From NCBI GenBank assembly GCA_048594725.1, contig JBMDXA010000167.1:496-64495 (forward strand): a DNA stretch of 64,000 nucleotides. Reading direction: 5' to 3'. The position numbers and the translations under genes are program-made. How positions within the stretch are numbered: the stretch's first letter is position 1; each line of letters opens with the position of its first letter. Positions 30,302 through 39,514 of this stretch are shown here, one piece after another. The stretch comes from Candidatus Kapaibacteriota bacterium (GTDB taxonomy: Bacteria > Bacteroidota > Ignavibacteria > OLB7). The notes beneath the pieces were generated by a model that did no database searches, was not told where the DNA came from, and saw nothing but the letters and a program-made list of their open reading frames with translations.

Positions 30302-31849
30302 TTACTTGGTGACCGTCATCGTCTTGGTCTCCGAGAAGCTCCCTCCCACCAGACGGTAGAGATAGAGACCGCTCGGCAGATCGCGCGCGTCGCAGGTTAC
30401 CGAGTGGGTGCCGGCGGGGACCACCTCATCCTTCAGCACCTTTACCGGCTTGCCGGCAGCGTCGAACACCGTAAGGGTGACATGCTCCTCCTTCGGCACC
30501 ACGAAATTGATCGTGGTGGATTCGGAGAAGGGATTGGGGCGATTGGCCTCCAGAGTATACCCGGCACTGCTCGACGATGCGGCCGCCATCTCAGTGGCCG
30601 TGGGCACATCGGAGGTGCCCCCGCTCAGGGTATCCACCTTCCTGCCGCGTGCCATCGTAATCACCACCATGCTCGTTGTCACCTTCGGGGAGCTGCTGTC
30701 GTGATAGACCTTGATGAGCATCTGTTCGTTGGACCCATCCTGAAGGCGGAGCGAGTCGTTGCCGATCAGGATGAGGTTGTTTCCCAGCGTGAACGGTGCC
30801 ATCGTGGTCTGGGAAGGGGGAACCGGGAAATCGGCAAGATCGGTTCCTTCGCTGCTGAACGAACGGATATAGATCGTCCTGCTGCTCTTCTCTCCGTCGG
30901 TATCCTTGAACTTTCTGATGATGATCTGGCTGGAGCCTGCCGAGAGGCCTCCCTGAGCCGCAGGCTCCGCCGAGTCGCTCGTGGAGATCACCACCACACG
31001 ATCTTCCCGCTTCCAGATATCGTTGCTGCCCGGATGGTTTCCTTCCAGAACGATGGTCTCGCTGTTCTGCCCTCCGTATGCCGATGGCGAGGTCTTGCAG
31101 GCTACCGAGATATTCTTGCACTGGTCCGGGACAGCACCATGTCCCATCACCACGATATGATGCCGCTCTCCATTCTCATCCTTGTCCACGCTCACCCTGA
31201 CACTGGGGAGGGTGAAATTGACCGCGGAAAAGCTCGGGTTGATCTGCTTCAGCGATTCGCGGGCGCTCTGGAGCGCCTGTTCGGCCTGGAGGAGCGATTC
31301 CCGGAGCGCTGCGGTATCGCCGTTCATCTGGGACTCCATCTTCCGCAGTTCGCGGTTTTTTACGCGGATATCGCGTTCGATACGGCGCACGTCGCGCTGC
31401 ACTTCCCGCGCGGCCCGGGCGCTCTCGCGGACCTTGAGGATCTCTTCGCGGATCTGGTGCTGAAGCGAGTCCATGGTATTGATGGAGATTCCTTCCGGGA
31501 GCATTTCAAACTCCGTTGCATCGAGCTGGAACTCCTTGGCGTCCAGCTCGAAATCACTGGCATCGAGCTCGAAGTCGTGCGCATCCAGCTGGAAGTCCGT
31601 TGCATCGAGTTCAAACTCCTTAGCATCCAGCTCAAATTCCTTTGCATCGAGTTCGAATTCCAGGGCATCGGCCTCGAATTCCCGTGCATCGGCTTCGATG
31701 TCGGCGGGGTCCAGCGGCGGCAGGGGAGGCAACGGCGGCACCGCTACCGATGGCGGGGCAGGGGGAGTCGGGGTCTCGGTTGTCTGCGCTGCCAGCGGCA
31801 GGGCTGAAAGGATGGCTATCCCTACTGGAAGCAATTTGTTGATGTTCAT
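30302..31849 (-). CDS. Secreted acidic octad-repeat / coiled-coil protein with T9SS C-terminal sorting domain
   Basis: Start taken at 'MNINKLLPVGIAILSALPLAAQ' (signal peptide). Pro-rich segment, then ~9 tandem 8-aa acidic repeats ([ED]F[EQ]LDAxx, e.g. 'EFELDAKEFELDAKEFELDATDFQLDAHDFELDASDFELDAKEFQLDATEFE'), then a coiled-coil 'REVQRDVRRIERDIRVKNRELRKMESQ'. C-terminal T9SS CTD '...LPSGLYLYRLVGGSFSETKTMTVTK'. Confidence 0.7.
   Translation of the reverse strand: MNINKLLPVGIAILSALPLAAQTTETPTPPAPPSVAVPPLPPLPPLDPADIEADAREFEADALEFELDAKEFELDAKEFELDATDFQLDAHDFELDASDFELDAKEFQLDATEFEMLPEGISINTMDSLQHQIREEILKVRESARAAREVQRDVRRIERDIRVKNRELRKMESQMNGDTAALRESLLQAEQALQSARESLKQINPSFSAVNFTLPSVRVSVDKDENGERHHIVVMGHGAVPDQCKNISVACKTSPSAYGGQNSETIVLEGNHPGSNDIWKREDRVVVISTSDSAEPAAQGGLSAGSSQIIIRKFKDTDGEKSSRTIYIRSFSSEGTDLADFPVPPSQTTMAPFTLGNNLILIGNDSLRLQDGSNEQMLIKVYHDSSSPKVTTSMVVITMARGRKVDTLSGGTSDVPTATEMAAASSSSAGYTLEANRPNPFSESTTINFVVPKEEHVTLTVFDAAGKPVKVLKDEVVPAGTHSVTCDARDLPSGLYLYRLVGGSFSETKTMTVTK
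31505..31700. repeat. Tandem 24-bp DNA repeats (~8-9 copies) encoding the acidic octad repeats
   Basis: Visible periodicity on the plus strand: 'gcatcgagctggaactccttggc gtccagctcgaaatcactggc atcgagctcgaagtcgtgc gcatccagctggaagtccgtt gcatcgagttcaaactcctta gcatccagctcaaattccttt gcatcgagttcgaattccaggg ...'. Confidence 0.7.
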
Positions 31850-32020
31850 CGCGCGTACCTCCCTGTTGGATCTAGGGTCGTTTGTTGACTGACTGCTGTT
31901 TTCCACGTTTGGAGCTTGTGACGGAGCCTATGGCCGTGATGTTCCGTTGAAAATCGGTGTGGAACATCTTTGCATCCGCTCCGTCCTAAAGCGCGATTGT
32001 ATGTGTAAACTATTCCATCC

Positions 32021-32719
32021 ATGGACCTAGTCACCGGTAACGCGGCTGTTTTGGACTATATAGACGGGTTCCGAAGCGAACAGCCAGTAGGGAATGGGCC
32101 GGTGGTCCATTCCGTACGGGAACGGGATCGCGTTGCCTCGCTTGGCGATGCCGAGCTGGTGAGTGAATGCCTGGAAGGGAGTTCCCTTGCGTTCAACGAA
32201 CTGGTGGTGCGGTATCGCGCGAAAGTGGTTCGCCTGATCGCCTCCACACTCGGGCAGGATGCGGAGATAGAGGATTTCGCCCAGGATATCTTCGTGAAGG
32301 TCTATCTTTCCCTCGGAAAATTCCGCGGGGATTCCTCCTTCTCCACCTATCTCTATACGGTGACGGTGAACCGTTGCCGCGACGAGCTTCGCAAGACCAA
32401 ACTCCGTAAGTTCTTCTCCTTCGACGAGTGGTTCTCCTCCAGCGACGGTGCCGCGCATCTTTCGCAGGAGGAGGAGCCGGAGATCGAGGGGAACGAGCGT
32501 CGCAGCGCCGTCCGCTCGGCCATGAAGCGGCTCCCCTCCAACACCCAGATGCTGCTGCATCTGCGCGAGGTGGAGGAGCTGAGCTACAAGGAGCTGGCCG
32601 ATATCTTCGAGGTGGAGATCGGCACGATCAAATCCCGGCTCGCCCGGGCGCGTGACCGTCTTCGCGAGGCACTGTATCCCTATATCAATGATGGGACGCT
32701 GCCGGGAGAGAGGAAGTAG
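32021..32719 (+). CDS. ECF-family RNA polymerase sigma factor (sigma-70 region 2 and region 4)
   Basis: Region 2 'FNELVVRYRAKVVRLI...QDIFVKVY' and region 4 HTH 'LREVEELSYKELADIFEVEIGTIKSRLARAR'. The N-terminal ~45 aa of the track ORF may not be translated. Confidence 0.85.
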   Translation: MDLVTGNAAVLDYIDGFRSEQPVGNGPVVHSVRERDRVASLGDAELVSECLEGSSLAFNELVVRYRAKVVRLIASTLGQDAEIEDFAQDIFVKVYLSLGKFRGDSSFSTYLYTVTVNRCRDELRKTKLRKFFSFDEWFSSSDGAAHLSQEEEPEIEGNERRSAVRSAMKRLPSNTQMLLHLREVEELSYKELADIFEVEIGTIKSRLARARDRLREALYPYINDGTLPGERK

Positions 32720-32857
32720 GATGATCGTAACGCTAACCATACCGAAAACATCGGCCGGGCATCAGACGTCAGATCTTCTCTGTTGCTTCGGAACCGGCTT
32801 GAGAATGAACGTGCACAACAGATTATCGACCGTAGCAGACGAAGGCTCAATGTCATC

Positions 32858-34411
32858 ATGAGTTATAACCTTTCCAATACCGAACGAACGCTTCTCTCTG
32901 CGTACCTCGATGGCGAGATCTCCGCCACCGAACGGGTACAGGCGGAGCAGTTGCTGACGCGTTCGGAGGGAGCACGGGCATACCTGAACGAGATTCGGGC
33001 GGTCCATGATCTCTCGGGAAGCGTTCTGACGGGGACTTCCATTCTGGAGGGGAGCAGCGGTGCTCCGTTCTCTGCCAAACTTTCCGGAAAGGCTATCGAG
33101 GCCGCTGCGGAGAAAGCTATCTACTCGAAAGCCGTGGCCCTGGGTTCGTGGGGGCTTGCCGGAGTTGCCGGCGTGGCTGCCGTTGCCGTTGGAATGGTGC
33201 TCTCGGTGGCTACTCCCTCACGCCCGGTTGCCGGCAACACTTCTCCGCGTCCCGTTCCGCAATCCAGAACCATGACGGCGCCGGAGGTAACTGCCACGGC
33301 ACCCGTGATCGATCTGGATACGAGCAATCTGCTGGTGTCGCCGATGACCCCATCCGATCTTTTCGCCTTCGCCGTGGATGGCACGCTCCCCATCAAGTCG
33401 ACCAAGGGGAGCTATATCACCCTGGCGCCGCAGGGAAAGGCATCGATGGCGCTTGAAGTACACGCCGATGCCCCGGAGGATATCTCCGAACGTCTCCTCT
33501 CGTTCGATGCCCCCGCCCTGGCGATGTTCGATTCCATCCAGCGGGTGGTGCGTACCTCGCTGTTGCAGTATTCCAACGAGCGGATAGCGCTTCGCGCCGA
33601 TCTGCAATCGCTTCGCCTTGGCGTCATCCGCTCGTTCGAACGGGCGGCACCCCATATGCCGATGGAGATCCGCGAGCGGCTGGACCGCTCCCGCATGCAG
33701 ATCGCGGCGGTGCAGCGGAGCTTCGGCGGGGGAGAGATCGGGGTAGGCGGAACCGGGGGACCGGGAGAGGGAAATGAAGACCAGATCCCCTATCTGCTGG
33801 TATCGTTCGGGGGAACCGGCGACCAGATGCATCAGTTCGATCCTCCCGATGAGCGGATCATCTTCAATGTGAGCGAACCGGCTGTGCTGATCGACCAGCG
33901 GTCGCTGGTGGCGTTGCAGCGTATGGTGCCCGCCCCGCCGGTGATCCCATTCTTCGCCGATGCCGATGATGCGCGGGAGACGCTGAATGTCAGCCCGGTG
34001 GGGATGCGTCCGCGTAGCAAGGTGAAGCGTTATACGGTTTCGGCCAGCGAACAGCAAGGGCTGCAGGAGCGGGACAACATCATGTCGCCGAATGGTCTTT
34101 TTCCGATTCCCCCTCAGGGTGCGAATCCTCCGGCAAGCCCCATCAGGGTGCAGGAAGGGCAATCCGATATCGTGCGGATGAGAGAGGCGCTTCAGCGTGC
34201 CGATGAGGCCGTGCGCCGTGCCGATAGCATCATGCAGCGGATGAGAAAGGAACTGGAGATCAAGGTGAGAAGCGAGGGGAGGGGCAATACCATCCGGTTG
34301 GATGGCTATAATGGCCGCATAGAGATGAACGGCTCGCTGAATGTGGAAGATAGCGGGACGAATGATGGTCCCCGGATCAATCCCGGTGATACTGATAAGG
34401 ATGATGAATGA
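32858..34411 (+). CDS. Anti-sigma factor (zinc-finger/RsiW-type N-terminal domain, single TM, large periplasmic domain)
   Basis: Start at 'MSYNLSNTERTLLSAYLDGEISATERVQAEQLL' (canonical anti-sigma N-terminus), TM 'AVALGSWGLAGVAGVAAVAVGMVLSVA', then a ~380-aa extracytoplasmic region. Sits immediately downstream of the ECF sigma gene. Confidence 0.65.
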   Translation: MSYNLSNTERTLLSAYLDGEISATERVQAEQLLTRSEGARAYLNEIRAVHDLSGSVLTGTSILEGSSGAPFSAKLSGKAIEAAAEKAIYSKAVALGSWGLAGVAGVAAVAVGMVLSVATPSRPVAGNTSPRPVPQSRTMTAPEVTATAPVIDLDTSNLLVSPMTPSDLFAFAVDGTLPIKSTKGSYITLAPQGKASMALEVHADAPEDISERLLSFDAPALAMFDSIQRVVRTSLLQYSNERIALRADLQSLRLGVIRSFERAAPHMPMEIRERLDRSRMQIAAVQRSFGGGEIGVGGTGGPGEGNEDQIPYLLVSFGGTGDQMHQFDPPDERIIFNVSEPAVLIDQRSLVALQRMVPAPPVIPFFADADDARETLNVSPVGMRPRSKVKRYTVSASEQQGLQERDNIMSPNGLFPIPPQGANPPASPIRVQEGQSDIVRMREALQRADEAVRRADSIMQRMRKELEIKVRSEGRGNTIRLDGYNGRIEMNGSLNVEDSGTNDGPRINPGDTDKDDE

Positions 34412-34460
34412 TCCTCCGGCGATGCCGGGGAGCGAGCATGGAGCTTCGAAACGATACAGG

Positions 34461-34487
34461 AAAGGGCGCCCTCTGGGCGCCCTTTCG
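34461..34487. terminator. Bidirectional terminator (anti-sigma gene and convergent arsI-like gene)
   Basis: Perfect hairpin AAAGGGCGCCC-tct-GGGCGCCCTTT. Confidence 0.6.
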
Positions 34488-34642
34488 CATTGATGCAGTG
34501 CGGTTCCGGCCGGAGATGCTCAACAGTACGGCCCCGTCCCTCCTGCTACCGGCCGTGGATACCGCGGCCGAACCGCCTATCCCGGAATTCATCGTCCGGA
34601 TTTGCAGCGATGGCCCGATATATCGATGCCGATCTCTCCTTC

Positions 34643-35188
34643 CTAGCAGCAGTCCGAGCCCGGAGTACAGGCGGGCGCCTGGCCCACCTCTATCATCACC
34701 GGCTGGAAGCGAGGGGCGATCGCATCATTGGTGTCATTAGTTCCTGTGGCCGCCTCTGCGGAATCGCCGCAGCAGACCGGGATTTCCGGCAGGTTATCCT
34801 CCAGCACCACAAAGACCTCCCATTCGTAGCCGTCCGGATCAAACGCCCAGGTCTTGTCCTGCACCGCATAACAGCATTCGGTTCCCATCTCATCCCTGGT
34901 ATCCAGACCGGCCGCCCTCCACCGTTCCCGTATCGCCAGCACATCCTCGGTGGAAGCCACCTGGATGCCCAGATGGGAGAGCGCCCCCTGCTCGCGCACC
35001 GGATGTTCGTTCAGCGCCAGATTGAGCGGCGGATTCTGTACGTCGAACTTCGCATATCCGGTGCGCACCTTCGCCGGCTCTATGCCGAACATCGTCCGGT
35101 AGAACTGGATGCTCCGTTCCACGTTGCTGACATTCAAAGAGATATGAGCCTTCAAGGCCCTTACCTCTCGTTCTCCGGTAGTCGTCAT
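34643..35188 (-). CDS. arsI: ArsI/CadI-family VOC (glyoxalase/extradiol dioxygenase-fold) protein: putative C-As lyase
   Basis: Close pattern match to characterised ArsI (e.g. '...SLNV.......FY..lFG.EPAKVR.GYA.F.........L.L.E........L.HLGi.V......V......r...AGL.T..E....CC.AVQDK.W...P.G..WEV'). This includes the vicinal Cys pair 'ECCYAVQDKTW' that binds As(III) in ArsI. Extra Cys-rich C-terminal tail 'PVCCGDS...APACTPGSDCC'. Confidence 0.75.
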   Translation of the reverse strand: MTTTGEREVRALKAHISLNVSNVERSIQFYRTMFGIEPAKVRTGYAKFDVQNPPLNLALNEHPVREQGALSHLGIQVASTEDVLAIRERWRAAGLDTRDEMGTECCYAVQDKTWAFDPDGYEWEVFVVLEDNLPEIPVCCGDSAEAATGTNDTNDAIAPRFQPVMIEVGQAPACTPGSDCC

Positions 35189-35379
35189 GCGCTTCTCTCC
35201 TTATATATGGATAGGCATATTTGTTTCGGGACCAACGTACGGAATGTTCTTATAGATGTAAAAGCGTAGTTGCTGGCTGGCTGCGACTCCAACACTCCTG
35301 AGATGGATAAACGGTTCCGGGAGATGCTGGAACAAGGGAGCAGGAGAGGCGATAGGGGGTTCATCCTTTCCGGTGATCG

Positions 35380-38001
35380 TTATCGTGCTACGGCGCCTGC
35401 CGAGCGGGGGACCGGCGTGGCTTCCGCCGTTTCCTTATCCACCCGCACCACCATAAGCGTGATATCGTCGTTCTGCTCGGCCGGGCCCCGGAACGATTCC
35501 ACATGAGTGAGGATGCGGTTGCGGAGAACCTCCACGGTGGTATCGCTGGCGGCTCCGGAGATGATATCGTGCAGCCGTCCCTCGCCGAACTCCTCGCGAC
35601 GAGTGTTCATCGCCTCGGAGACGCCATCGCTGTAGAGGATGAACGTCTCTCCCGGCTCGTATTCCACGGTGTACTCCTGAAGCAGTTCGCCGAACAGTTC
35701 CCTGGAACAGAGCCCGAGCGCCACCCCGGTGGGCACCAGCGCATCCACCGCCGAGCGGTTCCGCCGGATGATGGGGGTGTGCCCCGCCCGGGCGAAGCTG
35801 ACGCTTTTGCGGGTGGTATCGAACAGCAGCATCGTGGCGGTGATGAACGATCCCCGCGCCATCACCTCGAACAGATGTTCGTTCAGCGTGGTAAGGATCT
35901 CCTTGGGAGATTTCAGCATGCCGCAGGCCACATGCACCATGCCGTGAAACTCCGCCATATAGAGCGATGCCGGCAGCCCCTTGCCGGAGACATCGGCCAC
36001 GATCACCATGAACCTGTCGTCGGCCATCCGGAGCACATCGTAATAATCGCCTCCTACGGCCTGTGCCGGCTGCGATACCGCGCTCACCGAGATGCCGGGG
36101 ATCTTCGGCATCTCCGCCGGCAGAAGACTTTCCTGAATCCGGCGGGCGGTAGCCAGCTCCTCGCGATAACGCTGGCGGGCCAGTTCCTCCTCGTACAGCC
36201 GGGCCACTTCCAGAGCGGCTGCGGTCTGCCCGGCCACTCCGGCGATAAAGGATGTCTGGCTTCCGCTGAGTGCCTCCCCGTCCCTGGTGCGGCTCATCAG
36301 AATGGCGCCGATCACCCGTCCCTGCGCATACAGCCCGATCACATAGGGGAAATGGGATCGTAGATCGGTAAAGCCTGGATCGGTGATGGTATCGAGCGAT
36401 GTAAGATTATGGGTCTGGCGAAGAAGATGCCGGAGCGCCTCGATGGCTTCGTCGTGAACCGGAACCGGCGCAAACTCGCTGGCGCGGGCCATTGGCTTCA
36501 GCTCGCCGTCGAAGGAGTCTTCCACCACCACGCACACCCCGCGCAGTTCCAGCCCCTGCTGGAGCGTCACGGCCGTGAGCATCGCCACCGCTTCGGCGCC
36601 CACGGTCTCGGTGATCTGCGCGGCAAAGGCTCCCAGATGCCCCGAATAATCGCGGCGTTGCGGGAAAAATCTATTCTCGATCGCCGTCTGCACGCGCCGC
36701 TTCACCGGCTCGAACAGCAGCAGGAAAAGGACGAAACTGAACACCTCCACCGATCCCTCGAACACCTCGCCGGTGAGCGCCCCCAGGGCTTGTCCCACGC
36801 CATATCCCACCGCCAGGTAGAGTCCGGCGATCAGCGCCATGGTGGCGGTATAGACCAGCGTGGTTTTCACCACGCGACGGAAATCCATCACCTGATAGCG
36901 GAAGATGGCGTAGCCGAAGGAGATCGGCAGGGCCAGCAGCAGCAGCAGCGGGAGCAGATACTGCGGGTAGAGGATGGCGATATCGGCCACGGCGGTCTGG
37001 ATCACCGTGATATAAAACAGCGCCAGGCTGGCAAGGATCGTCCCCACCAGAATGACCGTCATCGCACGGCGATCGGCGGAGGCGGGCATCCGTTTATAAC
37101 CACGGAACAGAGACCACACCCCCCCGCCGAACAGGAGCGCGCTGATGCCGATGTTAATATAATTGATCTTCTGGAAGAGCCCCGCCGGCAGGTCGAGCGG
37201 GATCAGATAGGCGGCGATGGAAAGGAGCGGGCAGAAGATGAGAAATCCCGCCGTGGCATAGAGCGCCACCCTGGAACGCCCGCTGCTGAATGTCTGCTGG
37301 TCGATCGGAAAGACCGTGCAGAAGTAGAGCCAGAGGGGGAAGAAGCATGATCCCGCGATCACCCAGAGCACCCCCACTACCAGGCCGATCGCCGATTCGG
37401 TGATATTCAGCGGCGGCACCGTAAAGGCGAAGATCACCAGCGCGGCGGTAAAGAAGAACTGCCGCTGCACCAGGCCATGCGGCCGGGTGAGCGCCACCAT
37501 CACGCCGATCACCAGCCAGAGCAGGGCAAAAGCGGGGGCCAGGAGAGGGAAGAAGAGAAACTGCTTGGTAAGGACGATGCGGAGGTCATGGAGCTCTCCC
37601 CGGCGCTCTACCACATAGGGGATCTCCACATCGACCGGGGAGCTGCGCAATGCCTGCTGCGCGTGCATCAGCAATCGCTCCTCCTCCGCCGGATGAACCA
37701 GCGGTATGAGCTGATCGCCGATCTGAAGCACGCGATCGCCTATCATCACCCCTGCCTTATCGGCATTTCCCCCCGGAATCACCTTGGTTACCACCAGACC
37801 CAGCCGTCCATTAACCTCCCGGGTATGCCACAGACAGTCGTCGGTGTGGAGCACGGTGTTCTTGAAGCCACGGGTCATCGTCACGATGATGGCGATCAGT
37901 GCCACCAGCGCTATCAGCGAATAAAGGAGACGGAGGTGCTGGTCGGAGGGATGTCGAAGTCTCTGCAATGAGATCGGTATCAGGCGTTTCATAGTGGTCA
38001 T
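35380..38001 (-). CDS. Membrane sensor phosphatase: N-terminal TM anchor, periplasmic PDZ domain, 7-TM region, GAF-like domain and PP2C (SpoIIE/RsbU-type) phosphatase domain
   Basis: PDZ 'GLVVTKVIPGGNADKAGVMIGDRVLQIGDQ'; multiple hydrophobic helices across residues ~150-420; PP2C motifs 'GGDYYDVL...FMVIVADVSGKGLPASLYMA' and '...FILYSDGVSEA...NDDITLMVVRV'. Confidence 0.8.
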   Translation of the reverse strand: MTTMKRLIPISLQRLRHPSDQHLRLLYSLIALVALIAIIVTMTRGFKNTVLHTDDCLWHTREVNGRLGLVVTKVIPGGNADKAGVMIGDRVLQIGDQLIPLVHPAEEERLLMHAQQALRSSPVDVEIPYVVERRGELHDLRIVLTKQFLFFPLLAPAFALLWLVIGVMVALTRPHGLVQRQFFFTAALVIFAFTVPPLNITESAIGLVVGVLWVIAGSCFFPLWLYFCTVFPIDQQTFSSGRSRVALYATAGFLIFCPLLSIAAYLIPLDLPAGLFQKINYINIGISALLFGGGVWSLFRGYKRMPASADRRAMTVILVGTILASLALFYITVIQTAVADIAILYPQYLLPLLLLLALPISFGYAIFRYQVMDFRRVVKTTLVYTATMALIAGLYLAVGYGVGQALGALTGEVFEGSVEVFSFVLFLLLFEPVKRRVQTAIENRFFPQRRDYSGHLGAFAAQITETVGAEAVAMLTAVTLQQGLELRGVCVVVEDSFDGELKPMARASEFAPVPVHDEAIEALRHLLRQTHNLTSLDTITDPGFTDLRSHFPYVIGLYAQGRVIGAILMSRTRDGEALSGSQTSFIAGVAGQTAAALEVARLYEEELARQRYREELATARRIQESLLPAEMPKIPGISVSAVSQPAQAVGGDYYDVLRMADDRFMVIVADVSGKGLPASLYMAEFHGMVHVACGMLKSPKEILTTLNEHLFEVMARGSFITATMLLFDTTRKSVSFARAGHTPIIRRNRSAVDALVPTGVALGLCSRELFGELLQEYTVEYEPGETFILYSDGVSEAMNTRREEFGEGRLHDIISGAASDTTVEVLRNRILTHVESFRGPAEQNDDITLMVVRVDKETAEATPVPRSAGAVAR

Positions 38002-38395
38002 CGCGATTATAACATCATGCCCTGAACCGGAAACAGGTTCTTCCAGAGATGGACGAAGGGAAACAGGAATATTCCCCGGCGAGAAAAATACTCAGAAGAG
38101 AGCCGGGAAACTCCGGAAAAAAGAAGAGGAACCGATGGCAGGAAGACGGCCTACACTACGTACGATTGATCGCTTCTTCCCTGTGGATGAGAAATAGTGT
38201 CCGGAGTCGTCCCGCCGGTTGCAGCAGGGGCGGTTTCAGCGGGCCTGGGGGGATCGGGGTGGGAGGATGGCCTGGAATCAGGATGAAGAGTATCCGGAAT
38301 GATGAGATGGCATTCCGCCACGGGCTATCGGTAACGGATCACTGCCAGAGTGGCAGCGTACTTCCGTCTGCATCGCGATGGCGATGGGTATCCTG

Positions 38396-39412
38396 TTACG
38401 CCACCGCCCCTCCGCAGGAGCTGCCGGCCCCGGCGGTGCAGCCGAAGCAGTGGTCGGCAAACACGATCCGCCGTCCCAGCACCGCATCGAAATTCCAGTC
38501 GAAGATGGAGCGCGGAACATCGCCGGCCAGAGGAAGATCGAGCATCTGGTTGAAATCGCAGTCGGAGAGGCGCCCGTCGTAATCCACGCTGATGAGGGTG
38601 CGGCACATGATCCCCTGCGCCGCCGCCGGATTGAATGCGGCTACCAGCTTGCTCATGTACTCCTCGTAACCGCCATGCCGGAGCAGATCCTCCTTGAAAC
38701 GGTGGATCGGCATGTTGGTGATCGTATAGAGATTGTTGAAGACCAGGCCGAACTTCTGCTTCAGTTCCCGCTTGTAATCGGCCTCCAGCGACGATTGCGA
38801 TGCCGGCAGGAAGGAGCCGACGGGATTATAGACCAGGTTGAGGAGAAGCCCCGATTCCGGCACCCCGTAGCCTATCGCGTTGAGCCGGCGAATCGCCTCT
38901 ATCGATTTCTCGAAAACCCCGCGCCCGCGCTGTTTATCGGTGAAATACTGGGAATAATAGGGGAGGGAGGAGATCACCTCGCACTGATGCCGGGCAAAGA
39001 ATTCCGGGAGATATTCCATCCCCCCATCGCTTTTCGGGGCACCGTCGAACTGCACGGTAAGGTTGTGCCGTACCATCACATGCCTGCCCAGCCGCCGCGC
39101 CTCGGCCACCAGCCATTCGAAGTTCGGGTTCAGCTCCGGGGCGCCGCCGGTGATATCCAGCTTGCCGATCTGCGGATGGGCCGCAAGCACCGCTATCACC
39201 CGCTCGGCCGTGCGTCTGTCCATCATCTCGGTCCTGACGGGCGAGGCATCCACATGGCAGTGGCGGCAGGCCTGGTTGCAGAGCTTCCCCACATTGATCT
39301 GAAGCGTCTCTATCGAAAGGGGATGCAGATCGAGCCCCTGCTCGGCCACCGTGCCGCCGAAATTGAAACGGCGGGGCTCCGGGATCGGGTTGTTGATGAC
39401 TTCCAGGTTCAT
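38396..39412 (-). CDS. arsS: Radical SAM / Cys-rich domain protein of the ArsS (arsenosugar-biosynthesis rSAM, TIGR04167-like) family, all-Cys (non-selenoprotein) form
   Basis: 338 aa. rSAM cluster motif 'CNQACRHCHVDASP' near residue 45. C-terminal Cys-rich motif 'HCFGCTAGAGSSCGG' is the hallmark of this family. No in-frame TGA. Confidence 0.65.
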   Translation of the reverse strand: MNLEVINNPIPEPRRFNFGGTVAEQGLDLHPLSIETLQINVGKLCNQACRHCHVDASPVRTEMMDRRTAERVIAVLAAHPQIGKLDITGGAPELNPNFEWLVAEARRLGRHVMVRHNLTVQFDGAPKSDGGMEYLPEFFARHQCEVISSLPYYSQYFTDKQRGRGVFEKSIEAIRRLNAIGYGVPESGLLLNLVYNPVGSFLPASQSSLEADYKRELKQKFGLVFNNLYTITNMPIHRFKEDLLRHGGYEEYMSKLVAAFNPAAAQGIMCRTLISVDYDGRLSDCDFNQMLDLPLAGDVPRSIFDWNFDAVLGRRIVFADHCFGCTAGAGSSCGGAVA

Positions 39413-39514
39413 GAATGGTTCGGTACGGTCTGGGATGGAGGAAGAGAAGGGGAGCAGCCGCAGGGATGGTTCCGGATGCTGCTCCCGACGGTCATCGTTA
39501 CGGATGGGAGGGGG

